Part shown: one piece after another, positions 1 to 22,059 of the stretch | How the letters are laid out: the number at the start of each line of letters is the position of its first letter | How positions within the stretch are numbered: the stretch's first letter is position 1 | Assembly (NCBI RefSeq): GCF_009914755.1 | Contig: NC_060938.1 | Length of the DNA stretch: 64,000 nucleotides | Source of the DNA: the human T2T-CHM13v2.0 reference genome, Homo sapiens | Reading direction: 5' to 3' (one strand) | Notes under the pieces: model-generated | What the model was told of the DNA's origin: nothing | What the model saw: the letters and a program-made list of their open reading frames with translations, nothing else | Database searches by the model: none | Position numbers and translations under genes: made by a program

Positions 1-4475
<4,475 letters not shown>

Positions 4476-6991
4476 AAATGCCAACGTCTTCATGCCTAAT
4501 GATGTGTGCACCATTTGATTCCCTCATCAGCCATCCTAATACCTTCTTCTGACCACTTAAACTGTTATAAATGCCCTGTCCTTGAGAAGGCAGCAGAGGG
4601 AGAGGAGCAGGAACAAGGGGGCCTGGTGGCAGAAGGAGGTGCTGGCCAGAACAGGGGGGCAGAGAAGTGTGGGCTCTGAAAGCCCATCCCAGACCCCAGA
4701 ATGGAATAAGCTGAATGCACATGGCCCCTGCTGACCTGAACGGACGGTTCTGCAGCCTGAGAGAGGAGCTGGGTCTGAAGGGAGTGTGGCGGCTGGCGGC
4801 AGAGGCCTTGCTCCCACGCGTGGCCAGGCACGCCATGGAGGCTGAGGCTGGCAGGCCATGGAAGCTGGGCATGCTCTTTGCAGACCTACGTGGGGACAGG
4901 TGATGGCACCATCCACAGTGCTGGCCCCAGGGCTCTGACGCCCTCTAGGGCTCACCAGCCTGTCACCATCCCAAGATGCCCTCTCACATGCAGGCCTAGG
5001 GCAGCCTGGCTGGACAGGAACAAATGTCAAAGACCCACAAACCAGCTGTGGGCAAAAGCTGCAATAACAAGTCGAGACACACAGCCAGGAAAAGCACACT
5101 GGCCACAAACTACCTGCTCGACAATGGCAGAGGTGCTCATTCCAGCTGAGTCTCTGCCCGGCATGTCCAGGTCCCGTGTCTCAGCCCTGCTGCCCACGCA
5201 GCCTCCCTGGGCTGGGAGCCAGGAGCAGACTCAGGCCTAGGGTCAGCCGGGCCTTGCCAGACTCAGTGGGACTCAGCAGCACCCCGTTCCTCCTCCAGGA
5301 ATCCGGGACTGGCTGTGTCAGCCACCAGGCTACGGGGCCAAGAGAGGAGGTGTGTGTGCACAGCCCCCGGCACTTTCGGGGTAATAGTGGACACACCTGA
5401 GGATCGGGCAACAATGAAGGGTGGGCAGAAGGAGGAATAAGCTTGGATGTTCTTAAATCAAGCCCTTGTTCCTTCTGAGAGAGGATTTCTTGTATCCAGC
5501 CCTGGGCTCAGGGCACTGGTCCCACCCATGGGCTGGACGATACGATAGGAGGATCCTGGGGGGCCTCTCCTGGGGTGGGGGCCATGCACCCCACAACGTA
5601 AGCTCACTGCACAGGACCCTCCACGTCCTGCTGACGGCAGGGTGGAGGTGGGGTGGTGGGTGCTGTTGCGCCCTGGCTAAAGGTGGCGAGTCCAGAAGGT
5701 GACGGGAGCTGTGCAGGCAGCAGGGCTGGGCCAAGCAGCCCTGTCTCGGAGAAGAGAGCCTGGCTGCACACACCCTCTCCTGGGTGGATTTTCTGTGGAA
5801 GGGAAGTGGGTGGAGCTATTGAGGAAACTGAGGCAGCACATGAGCCCAGCCAGCCAGCTGGGGCTGCAGGAGGCGAGGACAGTGGCCAGAGCCAATACAG
5901 GTCAGCAGGGAGGGAGAAGGCACAGGGGCAGGAGAAAACAAGGAGGGCGGTGAGAGACGGAGACGTGTCCAGGATGGGTCTGGGGGCTCTGGCTGGCAGG
6001 CCTAGGGCACGGTGCTGCCCGCAACCTGAAGGGAGGGCAGAGCGGGACATGCTACACCTGGCCTGACCCACTTCCCTCTAAAGTGCCGGCAAAGCAGGGG
6101 TGGGCTGGGAAGTGAGGGCTACAGCTACCCGAGACCAGCCCGAAGCATCCTCTGAGGATGCTGAAGGGAGCCCCACCAGGCCACCAGCAGCCAGAGGGGA
6201 TAGAGTGCGGCCTCCCGTGAGCACAGTCCTGTTCCAAGCTGTCTTGTCCTTAGCAGCTTTATAAGGTACAAGTTTGTGCCACAAACCTGCCTGTTCACAG
6301 TGCACCGGGCAGTGGGTTTTCGTAAATCCCCAGAGCTGAGCAACCACCACCAGGATCTAATTTTAGAATGCGTGGGGGACACGGGGTGGCTTCCTGGATG
6401 CTGCCACTGTGAGCACTGTGCGTGAGCCTCGGTGGGGACACAGGTACTCTTTTCCCTTGGGCACACACTTAGTAGGAGGATCGCTGGAGCGTGTGGGAAC
6501 TTTGTGGCTAAAGGTGGTCCTGCCAGACTCAGAGGCAGCCCCGGCAGTGCCACAGGACTGCTCTCCGTCCTGCCTGTCATCACCCCATGAAGGCCCATGT
6601 CCCAGGGCATCTGTCCCCCCCACAGGAGGCCCAGTGAGGCAGCAGCATGGACGTGGTTCCACCCCACCTTGCTGACGCTGGGGTCCCAGTGCCGGCCTGC
6701 ACCCTAGGCCCTGCTCCACAGCAGTCCCCACACAGCTCCTACAAACACAAGGGAGGCAGGGCCATGGGCTGACCCTGGGCTCTGCTCAGCTTCTCGCTCA
6801 GGACCTTGGTCTGCTTCTAAGAGAGCAGGATCGGAGCAGGCCTCTCAGTGGGACCCCAGGGTGGAGCCGGGGCAAGCAGACAGCAGGCGGGGCGGGCAGG
6901 GACGCGGGCGTGGGCTCTGTCTCTCGCCCTGCAGTGGGCTGCCTGGGCACTCTGCATCATCCCTGTCCCTAAAGGCACACGTGTGCTTTAA

Positions 6992-7739
<748 letters not shown>

Positions 7740-8664
7740 TCATCTCCAGGAGCCCTCCCTGCACCCCACTCAAAAGAGAAGCAGGCCACCAGGATCACCT
7801 GGCACCCAGGACACCCCTCGAGGGGGACCAACCAGAAAAACAGACCAAGACAGAAAAGAGCTCAAGGTGAGAAGATGCCACACTCAGGAAGACGGGAGAT
7901 TATAAAAAAGATTCGGAAAAGACCCAGAGCTCTTAGAGATGAAAAACATGAAAGAAATGAAACAGCCTGCTGGAAGCTAAAGTTCAGGTGCTGTCCCAAA
8001 GCAAAAAGATAGCCACGTGCAAAAAAGGATGAGATAACACATGGGTTCAGTGTGGCAGGCAGAGTAACAGAGAAGAAGGGAGACACATCTAACGACGAAT
8101 TCAACAGAAGCTCAGGACAGGAAGCTGTCAGAGAGCAAAGGCCTGATGGGCTCACACTGCCGTGAGATTTCTGAACGTGGAGATTAGAGGCAAGGAGCTG
8201 AAGCCCCGCAGCTGCACAGCAAGGGCCAGGAGCCAGAGGGCCACAGAACTGCCCAGTGAGAATGCTGGAGGCAAGGCGACGGCAGGGGCGCAGGCTGGGA
8301 GGCAGACATGTGGCCGGGCACGCCACGCCCACCAGACACAGGGCAGGGAGGGGGACCACCTTCAGAGGGGCGCAGCTCGGAAAAGGTCCCTCTCCCAGGG
8401 AGCCATTGCAGGAGGCACCTCACAAGATGAGGAGGGTGTGGACCAGGAAGCGGGGAGTCCCCAGAGAGCAGGGAAAAGATGCAGGTGCACAGCAGGTGTG
8501 GACAGCACAGCACAGAGCAGAGGAGGCTGGAAGGCTCTGGGCTCCCTGTCAAGAGGCCGAAGGCAGCTCCTGACCCATGTGTGTGTCTGCAGATGGCAGC
8601 AGTGGGCACAGGACCAGATGCACAGAGACCAGTGCAAGAGAACACCAGACACTGGATCTCCACG

Positions 8665-9168
8665 CAAGGCCAAGCTGCACACCGCTGAGGGTCGGCAGCC
8701 TCCCCGCCCACCGCCTGCAGTCACGGTGTCCACGCACAAGGCCAAGCTGCACACCGCTGAGGGTCGGCGGCCTCCCCGCCCACCGCCTGCAGTCACGGTG
8801 TCCACGCACAAGGCCAAGCTGCACACCGCTGAGGGTCGGCGGCCTCCCCGCCCACCGCCTGCAGTCACGGTGTCCACGCACAAGGCCAAGCTGCACACCG
8901 CTGAGGGTCGGCGGCCTCCCCGCCCACCGCCTGCAGTCACGGTGTCCACGCACAAGGCCAAGCTGCACACCGCTGAGGGTCGGGGGCCTCCTCGCCCACC
9001 GCCTGCGGTCACGGTGTCCACACACAAGGCCAAGCTGCACACCGCTGAGGGTCGGCGGCCTCCCCACCCACGGCCTGCAGTCACGGTATCCACGCACAAG
9101 GCCGAGCTGCACACCGCTGAGGGTCGGCGGCCTCCCCACCCATCGCCCACAGTCACGGTGTCCACAGC
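8665..9168. repeat. 72-bp minisatellite, 7 copies
   Basis: Unit CAAGGCCAAGCTGCACACCGCTGAGGGTCGGCGGCCTCCCCGCCCACCGCCTGCAGTCACGGTGTCCACGCA starting at 8665, 8737, 8809, 8881, 8953, 9025 and 9097. Confidence 0.97.
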
Positions 9169-9503
9169 TGCAGGCACTCGGTGTACGCCTGGCTGCAGCC
9201 CACTCAGCAACAGCACCCCACCTGCTCAGGCCAGAGGGCGGCCTGAACCACAGGGGACGTGGAGACAGCACCCAAGGCGCAGTAGGTCCACAAGTGGGGA
9301 GAATCCAGGGCATGATTCTCAGGCACCGACAGAACCCTCGCTCTGCATGCCCAAGGGCTGTGCGAGGAAGGCAGGTGCCCAGCTCCCCAGTTCTTCGATC
9401 CAGTAAAAGGAGACCCCAAATTCAGAAAGCCCTGGATCAACTGAAACAGTTCTTCCAGTAAGGTGTTTTTCTATTAAAGACAAACACCAAGTTACTGCAA
9501 CTA

Positions 9504-9833
<330 letters not shown>

Positions 9834-10327
9834 TTAAGAATATAGATTTGTGCTTTTCCTTGTAAGTTTCTGAGCTCACTTTTTATATGTGGGTTCCAAT
9901 CACTTTTTATTTAAGGACACTGAAATGTGAATTTTCTGTGATCTCCATGTGCCATGAGATCCTGTTCTACCTGTTTCCCTTCTTTAGGCTCTGAGTGGCG
10001 TGTGCGGTGTGGCTGAATGTGCCTCTCTCCAGGGCTCTGAGGTGCGGCGTGTCTGGCAAGGGCTTGGTTTGGGCTGGCTGGCAGGTGCTATGCCCCTGAC
10101 TGCCCTGGGCTACAGTGGGAATGCCCCTTTTCCTACAGCCACATGCCCCAGCGCCACCGCCTTCCCCAACCGCACAGAGTCTGGGTCAGCCCACCCGTCC
10201 CTTCTCAGCAGGGCCCATTCTGCTCAGCCCTGCGCCCGCCAGCCTCTCCTCTAAGAGCCAGCCACCCGGCCTGAGAAAAAGCCAGGCTAGCGCCATCCCC
10301 TGCACCTGCCCAGAGGGAGGGCCATGG

Positions 10328-11334
10328 TGTAGGGAAAAGGAAGAGAGGTCAGACTGTTACTGTGTCTATGCAGAAAGGGAAGACATAAGAGACTCCATTT
10401 TGACCTGTGCCCTGAACAACTGCTTTGCCCTGAGGTGTTAATCTGTAACTCTGCCCCAGCCACTTTGCCCCAACCTGGAGCTCACAGAAACCTGTGCTGT
10501 ATGGAATCAAGGTTTCAGGGATCTAGGGCTGTGCAGGACGTGCCTTGTTAACAAAGTGTTCACAGGCAGTATGCTTGGTAAAAGTCATCGCCATTCTCCA
10601 GTCTCGATGAACCAGGGGCACAATACACTGCGGAAAGCTGCAGGGACCTCTGCCCTGGAAAGCCGGGTATTGTCCACGGTTTCTCCCCATGTGATAGTCT
10701 GAAATATGGCCTCGTGGGATGAGAAAGACCTGACCGTCCCCCAGCCCGACACCCGTGAAGGGTCTGTGCTGAGGTGGATTGGTAAAAGAGGAAGGCCTCT
10801 TGCAGTTGAGATACAGGAAGGCCTCTGTCTCCTGCCTGCCCCTGGGAACTGAATGTCTCGATATAAAACCCGATTGTACACTTGTTCAATTCTGAGATAG
10901 GAGAAAAACCGCCCTATGGCGGGAGATTAGACACGTTGGTAGCAATACTGCCTTGTTATTCTTTACTCCGCTGAGATGTTTGGGCGGAGAGAAACATAAA
11001 TCTGGCCTATGTGCACATCCAGGCATAGTACCTTCCCTTGAACTTAATTATGACACAGATTATTTGGTTCACATGTTTTCTTGCTGACCTTCTCCCCACT
11101 ATCACCCTGCTCTCCTGCCGCATTCTTCTTGCTGAGATAGTGAAAATAATAATCAATAAAAACTGAGGGAACTCAGAGACCGGTGCCGGTGCAGGTCCTT
11201 GGTATGCTGAGTGCCGGTCCCCTGGCCCCACTGTTCTTTCTCTATACTTTGTCTCTGTGTCATTTCTTTTCTCAGTCTCTCGTCCCACCTGACGAGATAT
11301 ACCCACAGGTGTGGAGGGGCAGGCCACCCCTTCA
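10328..11334 (+). mobile_element. HERV-K (HML-2) solo LTR, LTR5A/LTR5B-like, 1007 bp
   Basis: Begins TGTAGGGAAAAG...GACTGTTACTGTGTCTATG and ends GGCCACCCCTTCA. Exact 6-bp TSD CCATGG (10322-10327 / 11335-11340). TATAAAA at about 10862 and AATAAA at 11155-11160. Confidence 0.95.
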
Positions 11335-11544
11335 CCATGGTAAGGGCATGCCCAGCAGACCGGAGGCCACTGCGCCCTCCTAGGGGCTGCGAGGTGCTGG
11401 AGGTGGCCAGGACGGCAACATCCGAGCACACGCGCCTCCCTGGAGCAAGACCCTCCCAAAGCTGCGGGCCACATGATGGCATCAGGAGGGAAATGGCAAA
11501 GCTGCCCTGCAGGCAGGAGGAACCTTGGGAAACAAATGTCAATG

Positions 11545-11703
11545 CAGAGTACAGGCCAACCTCACTGCCCCACTCTGTCTGCAGAGCACAGGCTGTGTGG
11601 GGAGCACCTGGGCCAACCTCACTGCCCCCACTTCTGTCTGCAGAGCACAGGCTGTGTGGGGAGCACCTGAGCCAACTTTACTGCCCCCACTTCTGTCTGC
11701 ACA
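11545..11703. repeat. ~58-bp tandem repeat, ~2.6 copies
   Basis: GCCAACCTCACTGCCCCCACTTCTGTCTGCAGAGCACAGGCTGTGTGGGGAGCACCTG recurring at about 11555, 11612 and 11670. Confidence 0.85.
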
Positions 11704-12576
11704 GTGGGCGTCGTGGGCAGGCAGAGTCCTTGCTCCAGGCAATTAGCCCCATGGGGTACCCAGAGGACATGTGTGGTGGGTCACGGCTCGATGCAGAGGA
11801 ATGCTGCCGCCATGGAGATTCCAGTTCCCACTGCATCCTCTGGCACCCAAACCCACAGTCCTCCTGCAAAGACTACCTGAGGCGGCCTCCATCCCCATAT
11901 AAAGTCAAAAACTGACCTCCCAGATTTATTTGATAAGGGCACATGAGCTGGAGAAAGTGAGGGCTGATGTTTTGCTCACGCCAAACTTCACTAATGATGA
12001 CCAGCAGCCAGAGGTGGGCAGCTGCTGAGCCTGCATCCCAAGGAAGCCGGTGGCCAGGGTACACAGTCTGGCAGGTCCAGGTCAAGCCTCACACTGCCAG
12101 GCCCCGGCAGTCAGCAGCATCACATGGAGCCCCCAGCCCGGCTGTGGCCCTGCCACCTTGAGCACCTAAGGCCACCTGCCTAGAGCTCATACAGCTCTGA
12201 GGCCTGCAGTCCAGCTGAGCTGACGTGGAAGGCTGGTCACTGTCCCCAGAGCTGAGGCCTGGGCCAAGCCAAGACCCCAAAAGAATGGACAGAAAGGGCA
12301 TCGTGCCAGCTGCCACCTGCACATGTGCAGCACCAGCCAGACACACCAGCACAGACCGTCCCCGCGGCCCAGCAAGGCCCAGAGGGAAACAGAGTCAGCT
12401 GACAGGGGACCCGCTGAAGCTACGGCTCCTTACCTACCAGCTCTCTGCTGTATGTTTGAAAATTCTGTAATAAAAGGTAAGAGAGAGGTACTCTCTGAGG
12501 CCACACACTTGAGGCTGGGACTCGATCCCAAGCCCCGACCCCACAGGCACCAGCTCGTGTTCCCAGCATGCAGGGC

Positions 12577-16609
<4,033 letters not shown>

Positions 16610-16612
<3 letters not shown>

Positions 16613-19132
16613 TTCAGAAGTTTCTGTTCGTCAAAAGACAACATTAAGAGAGTGAGACAAGCTACAGACGTGGGAGGAGGATTCGAAACATGTATATCCA
16701 ACAAAGGACTCGAATCCAGAATATATAAAGAACTCTACAAATCTGTAAGAAAAAGACAACTCAGTTTTTAAAAAGCACAAAAGACGCCAATAGGCACTTC
16801 ACACAGAAAGGACGTCCCAACAGCCAAGAAGCATGAGCAAAGGTTGTGGCCATAATTACTCACCAGGGAAAGCGAATTAATGCCGCAGCGAGTGTGCTAC
16901 ACACCTACCAGAAAGACCAACTGGAAAGGCTGATGATGCCACATGTGAACAAGGCTGCGGAGCCACTGGGACTCTCCTACACTGCTTCCTGGTGGGAACA
17001 TGAACTGGTACAAGCACTACAGAAAACCCTGTGGCCCTATCTAATGATGAGCACACCCAGACCTCAGGACCCAGACACCCATTCGCAGGTAAACTCCCAA
17101 GCGGAGGGGGCACCTGTGTCCACCGAAGGACCAGGTGCAAGAACACGCACAGCAGCTTCCTGTGCACAGCCAAGAATGGAAACACCCTAGACGTCCATCA
17201 ACAGGAAAAGGAGATAAACTGTGGTCTATTCATCCCATGAAATACTACATTGCAATAAAAGAATAAACTACTTACACGCTCCAAAACAGCACGTTCTAGA
17301 ACGGCTCCAGCCCAGACACTGGCAAGCCAGATGCGGACGACTAGAGCCACAGGAGCTCTCCTTCCTTGCTGCTGGGAGCACAAAATGGCTCAGGTGCTTT
17401 GGAAAAGGGTTTGGCAGTTTCTTACAAAACTCAGCATACTCTCACCACACCACCCAGCAATCACTCAGAAAAACCTGCACGTGACGTTTACAGCAGCTTC
17501 ACTCATAATCGCCCAAGCCCAGATTCCCTTCAGCAAGCAGGTGAAAGGATAAATCAACTGTGGCGCACCTAGGCGGTGGAATATTACTCACCACTAAAGA
17601 GAAAGAGGCCACAGGCTGTGCAGAGACCTGGAGGACAGTTAAATGCCCATGGCTGAGTGACAGGCTGCACAGAGAAAGGATGCACAGTGTGCAACTCCAG
17701 CTCTACGACCACATGACCAAGCGCCGGTGAAAAGATCAATGGTTGCTGGAGGCTGGGGAAGGAGGGATGAATGGGTGGAGCTCAGGGGATCTTTAGGACT
17801 CTGAAAGCACTCTGTATGAAACTGTAACAGTGGTTACCCGTCACTACGCATTCATCTAAACCCATAGAACACGCACCGCCCAGCGTGAGCCTGGGTGTGT
17901 GGTGGAAGCTGCGTGATCCTGAGCCCAGGTGTGCAGATACAGCCTGAATGATCCTGAGCCCGCGTGCGCAGGTGGAGGCTGCATGATCCTGAGCCCGCGT
18001 GTGCAGGTGGAGGCTGTGTGATCCTGAGCCTGCGTGTGCAGGTGGAGGCTGCATGATCCTGAGCCCGGCTGTGCGGTGAAGGCTGCGTGATCCTGAGTCC
18101 GGGTGTGCGGATACAGCCCGCGTGACCCTGAGCCCGGGTGTGCGGATATAGCCCACGTGACCCTGAGCCTGGGTGTGCAGGTGGAGGCTGCATAATCTTG
18201 AGCCCAGGTGTGCAGGTGGAGGCTGCATGACCCTGAGCCCGGGTGTGTGGATACAGCCCACGTGACCCTGAGCCCAGGTGTGCGGATACAGCCTGCGTGA
18301 CCCTGAGCCCAGGTGTGTGGACAGAGCCTGCGTGACCCTGAGCCCAGGTGTGTGGACAGAGCCTGCGTGACCCTGAGCCCGGGTGTGTGGATACAGCCTG
18401 CGTGACCCTGAGCCCAGGTGTGTGGATACAGCCTGCGTGACCCTGAGCCCAGGTGTGCGGATACAGCCTGCGTGACCCTGAGCCCAGGTGTGTGGATACA
18501 GCCTGCGTGACCCTGAGCCCGGGTGTGTGGATACAGGCTGCGTGATCCTGAGCCCAGGTGTGCAGGTGGAGGCCGTGTGATCCTGAGCCCGGGTGTGTGG
18601 ATACAGCCTGCGTGATCCTGAGCCCGGGTGTGTGGATACAGCCTGCGTGACCCTGAGCCCGGGTGTGTGGATACAGCCTGTGTGATCCTGAGCCCGGGTG
18701 TGTGGATACAGCCTGCGTGATCCTGAGCCCAGGTGTGCGGATACAGCCTGTGTGACCCTGAGCCCGGGTGTGTGGATACAGGCTGCGTGATCCTGAGCCC
18801 AGGTGTGAGGTGGAGGCCGTGTGATCCTGAGCCCGGGTGTGTGGATACAGCCTGCGTGACCCTGAGCCCAGGTGTGCGGATACAGCCTGCGTGACCCTGA
18901 GCCCGGGTGTGTGGACAGAGCCTGCGTGATCCTGAGCCCGGGTGTGTGGACAGAGCCTGCGTGATCCTGATGAGTCGATGTGGGGCGGCTGACTGCAGCT
19001 CGTGCACCACAGTGGAGGGGGGCACTGACGGGGTCAGGGGAAGCTGTGTGGTGGGAGGTGCTCAGAGTCTACAGGAACTCTCTGCCGATCCATTTTGCTG
19101 TGAACCTAAAATGCTCTAAAAATTACAAGTCT
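16610..19132 (+). mobile_element. Old L1 3' fragments (L1M; L1MC/MD-like 3' end) split by the 35-bp VNTR
   Basis: GAATCCAGAATATATAAAGAACTCTAC, GAATGGAAACA, AAACCCATAGAA and TTTTGCTGTGAACCTAAAA-TGCTCTAAAAA are diagnostic L1M ORF2-end / 3' UTR motifs. Confidence 0.7.
17886..18970. repeat. 35-bp VNTR, ~31 copies, two unit types
   Basis: GTGA(C/T)CCTGAGCCC(A/G)GGTGTG(T/C)GGATACAGCCTGC, plus a variant ...GTGCAGGTGGAGGCTGC. Period measured from 18367 to 18402. Confidence 0.96.
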
Positions 19133-20038
19133 TTTTTTTTTTTTTAAATTCCTTTCTATATGATTCCCACTGTATGAAGCAGAAAACCAAGTGAAGCCAG
19201 TGGGCAGCAGGTGCTTTCTGAGCTGCTGCAGGCCTGACTCATGTGGATTTGTCAGGTGGTTCATGGAAGGTCAGCACATTTCATGCACTTTACTATGCGT
19301 GCTATACTAGGAAAAACAGACCAAGAGAACAGAAAAAGAATTTCCCTGAGAAACGCGTCCCAAACGAAAGGCTCATCAGGTCAATGAAGAGAGCCCCACC
19401 TAGCGGCATTTCAGAACCGTCGCTTCAGAACATCAAAGAAATCATCCCAAAAGGCCTGAGATTTTAAAAACAGAGATCAAAACACACTGGCATTCAACGT
19501 CTCTTGCTGGTGGACCCGGAGCAGATGCTCCCCACATTCCATGGGGTGCCTGTCTCAACCCCTTGGCAACCATCCCAGGGGGAAGGGGCAGGAGTTTCTC
19601 TCTCCCAGACCCTTTCTCTAAATACAGTCTCAGCGTGTCCCCAGCAAACCAAAGGAGGGGCCTGTGACCTCGCAGGGTGCACGGAGGCAAGCAGAGGAGA
19701 CAGAGTCCTCGCAGAACATGACTGTCGCTGCGGGCAGGAAGGGTGGCCCGTGAGTTTATTTCCATCTTTGCAGTTTTCTAAGTAAGGCAATCAAGACTTC
19801 ACCAAAACAGTAACAGTCGGAAGCTACATTCACAGATTTCCACCAAACCTGGCAGGCTGGGTGGCGGGCGGGAGTGGAGGCCGTGGGCCAAGCTTGCAGC
19901 GGGACCAGGGCTGATATGAAAACTTCAACCAAGGCGGTATGGGGAGAACAAAGGAGAATAAACAAAATTTAAACAAACATAACCCATGATAAATCAATCA
20001 ATCAAAATAAAGGGTTTTTTAAAAGTAAGATAAATACA

Positions 20039-20546
<508 letters not shown>

Positions 20547-22059
20547 TCACTGCCACAGCAGGGGGCCTGACTGGCAGCAAAAGGGACGACTCCGGCGAAA
20601 AGTCAGCAGGAAACAGGACAGGGGCTGGACCAATGGCCTCCCTCAGCCCCACACCCCACCCAGGCAGGAGCGGTGCCTGGCCCGGGGCAGGCGGGTGGGA
20701 GAGCTCACTGAGTGGGCAGCAGGGCATGGCCCCTGATGCTGCAGGTACCCAGGCTGCAGCTGCAGAACCTCAGGTGGGAACCCAGGTACAAAGATCAGCA
20801 TAGGGTCCCCCAGAACCACCCATCCCCAGTAAGACTCAAGAGGGGTGGGGGCCCCGCAGCTTCCCCCACACAGTGAGTGGGGTCCACGGGGCCTCCTGGG
20901 CCTGCAGGTCACAACCTTCACTGACACTCACCCCTAATTAGGGAGCATGTATGTTCCAATTTTCATTTCTTTCTTGAACCAAAGGTATTTAAAAGGCTTT
21001 TGAAAAGGTAAGATGAGCCATTTCTCTTTCTCTGTTGTTGGTTTCCAATCCTATTGCAATGCACGCGTCTGCACCGACACTACTCTTTGCAATTTGTATA
21101 GGTCTGAGGCACGACCAACTCTAGTAAAGATACCGCGAGTTTTTGGGAAAATACAGACTACATTCTCTGTGGAGAACAAAGCTCTTCACATGGAGAAAAT
21201 CTTGAAGTCAGTAGAAGAAAAAAAGGAGATAGCCTAGTGGCACCACAAGCAATGGGCAGAGCTGGGCCCCAACCCAGGCAGCCTGAGGTCAGGAGGGCCC
21301 CTGGGCAGCGCAGCCCCAGCCCCCACCTGGAGGAACTGTAAACGTGTGTGCCAGGAAGCCCTGAAACAGACAAAACAAAAAACTGACAAAACTGTGGGTA
21401 GGACAGGACGGATCCAGTCACTGTGCCAGGTCTTCATGCACACTCTCGGTGGCAGACACAGAGAACCAGCCAGTGGAGAGGAAGAGGGATGTGCTGCGCT
21501 GCACCCGCTTCCTGCAGGAAACGCATTCAAGCGCCCAACACACATGCACGTCCACAAAACTGGCCTTCCACCCGGCCACGGCTCGAAGCATTTCCGAAGA
21601 CTGAAATCACACAGAGGGTGCTCTCTACTGCAGAAGAATCACACCGGCAGTCAGGAAGAAAGGCGCTGACTATACTCCTCTACTAGTAAGTCCACAGCAG
21701 GACAAGGAAAAAAGCACAAGGGAAGCGTAAGGATCCATCCACTCTGCTGTGAGGGATCATCGCAAGCCCAACTACCCCTGCCAGCCTAGGTGTGTCGGTG
21801 CTGGCCACCCGTCGGCAGCAGCAGCCAGGAGCAGAGGCAGGTGCTCAAGAGCCCGGCCTCCTGGAGATGGCCCAGGAGAAAACAGCCAGGGTGACGTGCT
21901 GTCCACAAGAGATGTTCTACCTGTCCCGACCACCTTCCAGCATCCACACTAAGGCTGCAGGACATGGCTGCACCGATCACAAGAATCCCTCACGTGGTCC
22001 TCAGGTTCCTGAGAGTGTACTCAATGAAACAGTGAAGCCAAAGAGATCCTAGCACAAAG

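Noticed and set aside
8162-9461. 414-aa and 294-aa plus-strand ORFs and overlapping minus-strand ORFs
   Set aside because: Their length comes from the stop-poor 72-bp repeat; no recognisable domain, and they start at non-ATG codons.
17856-19025. 389-aa minus-strand ORF
   Set aside because: Artefact of the stop-free 35-bp VNTR.
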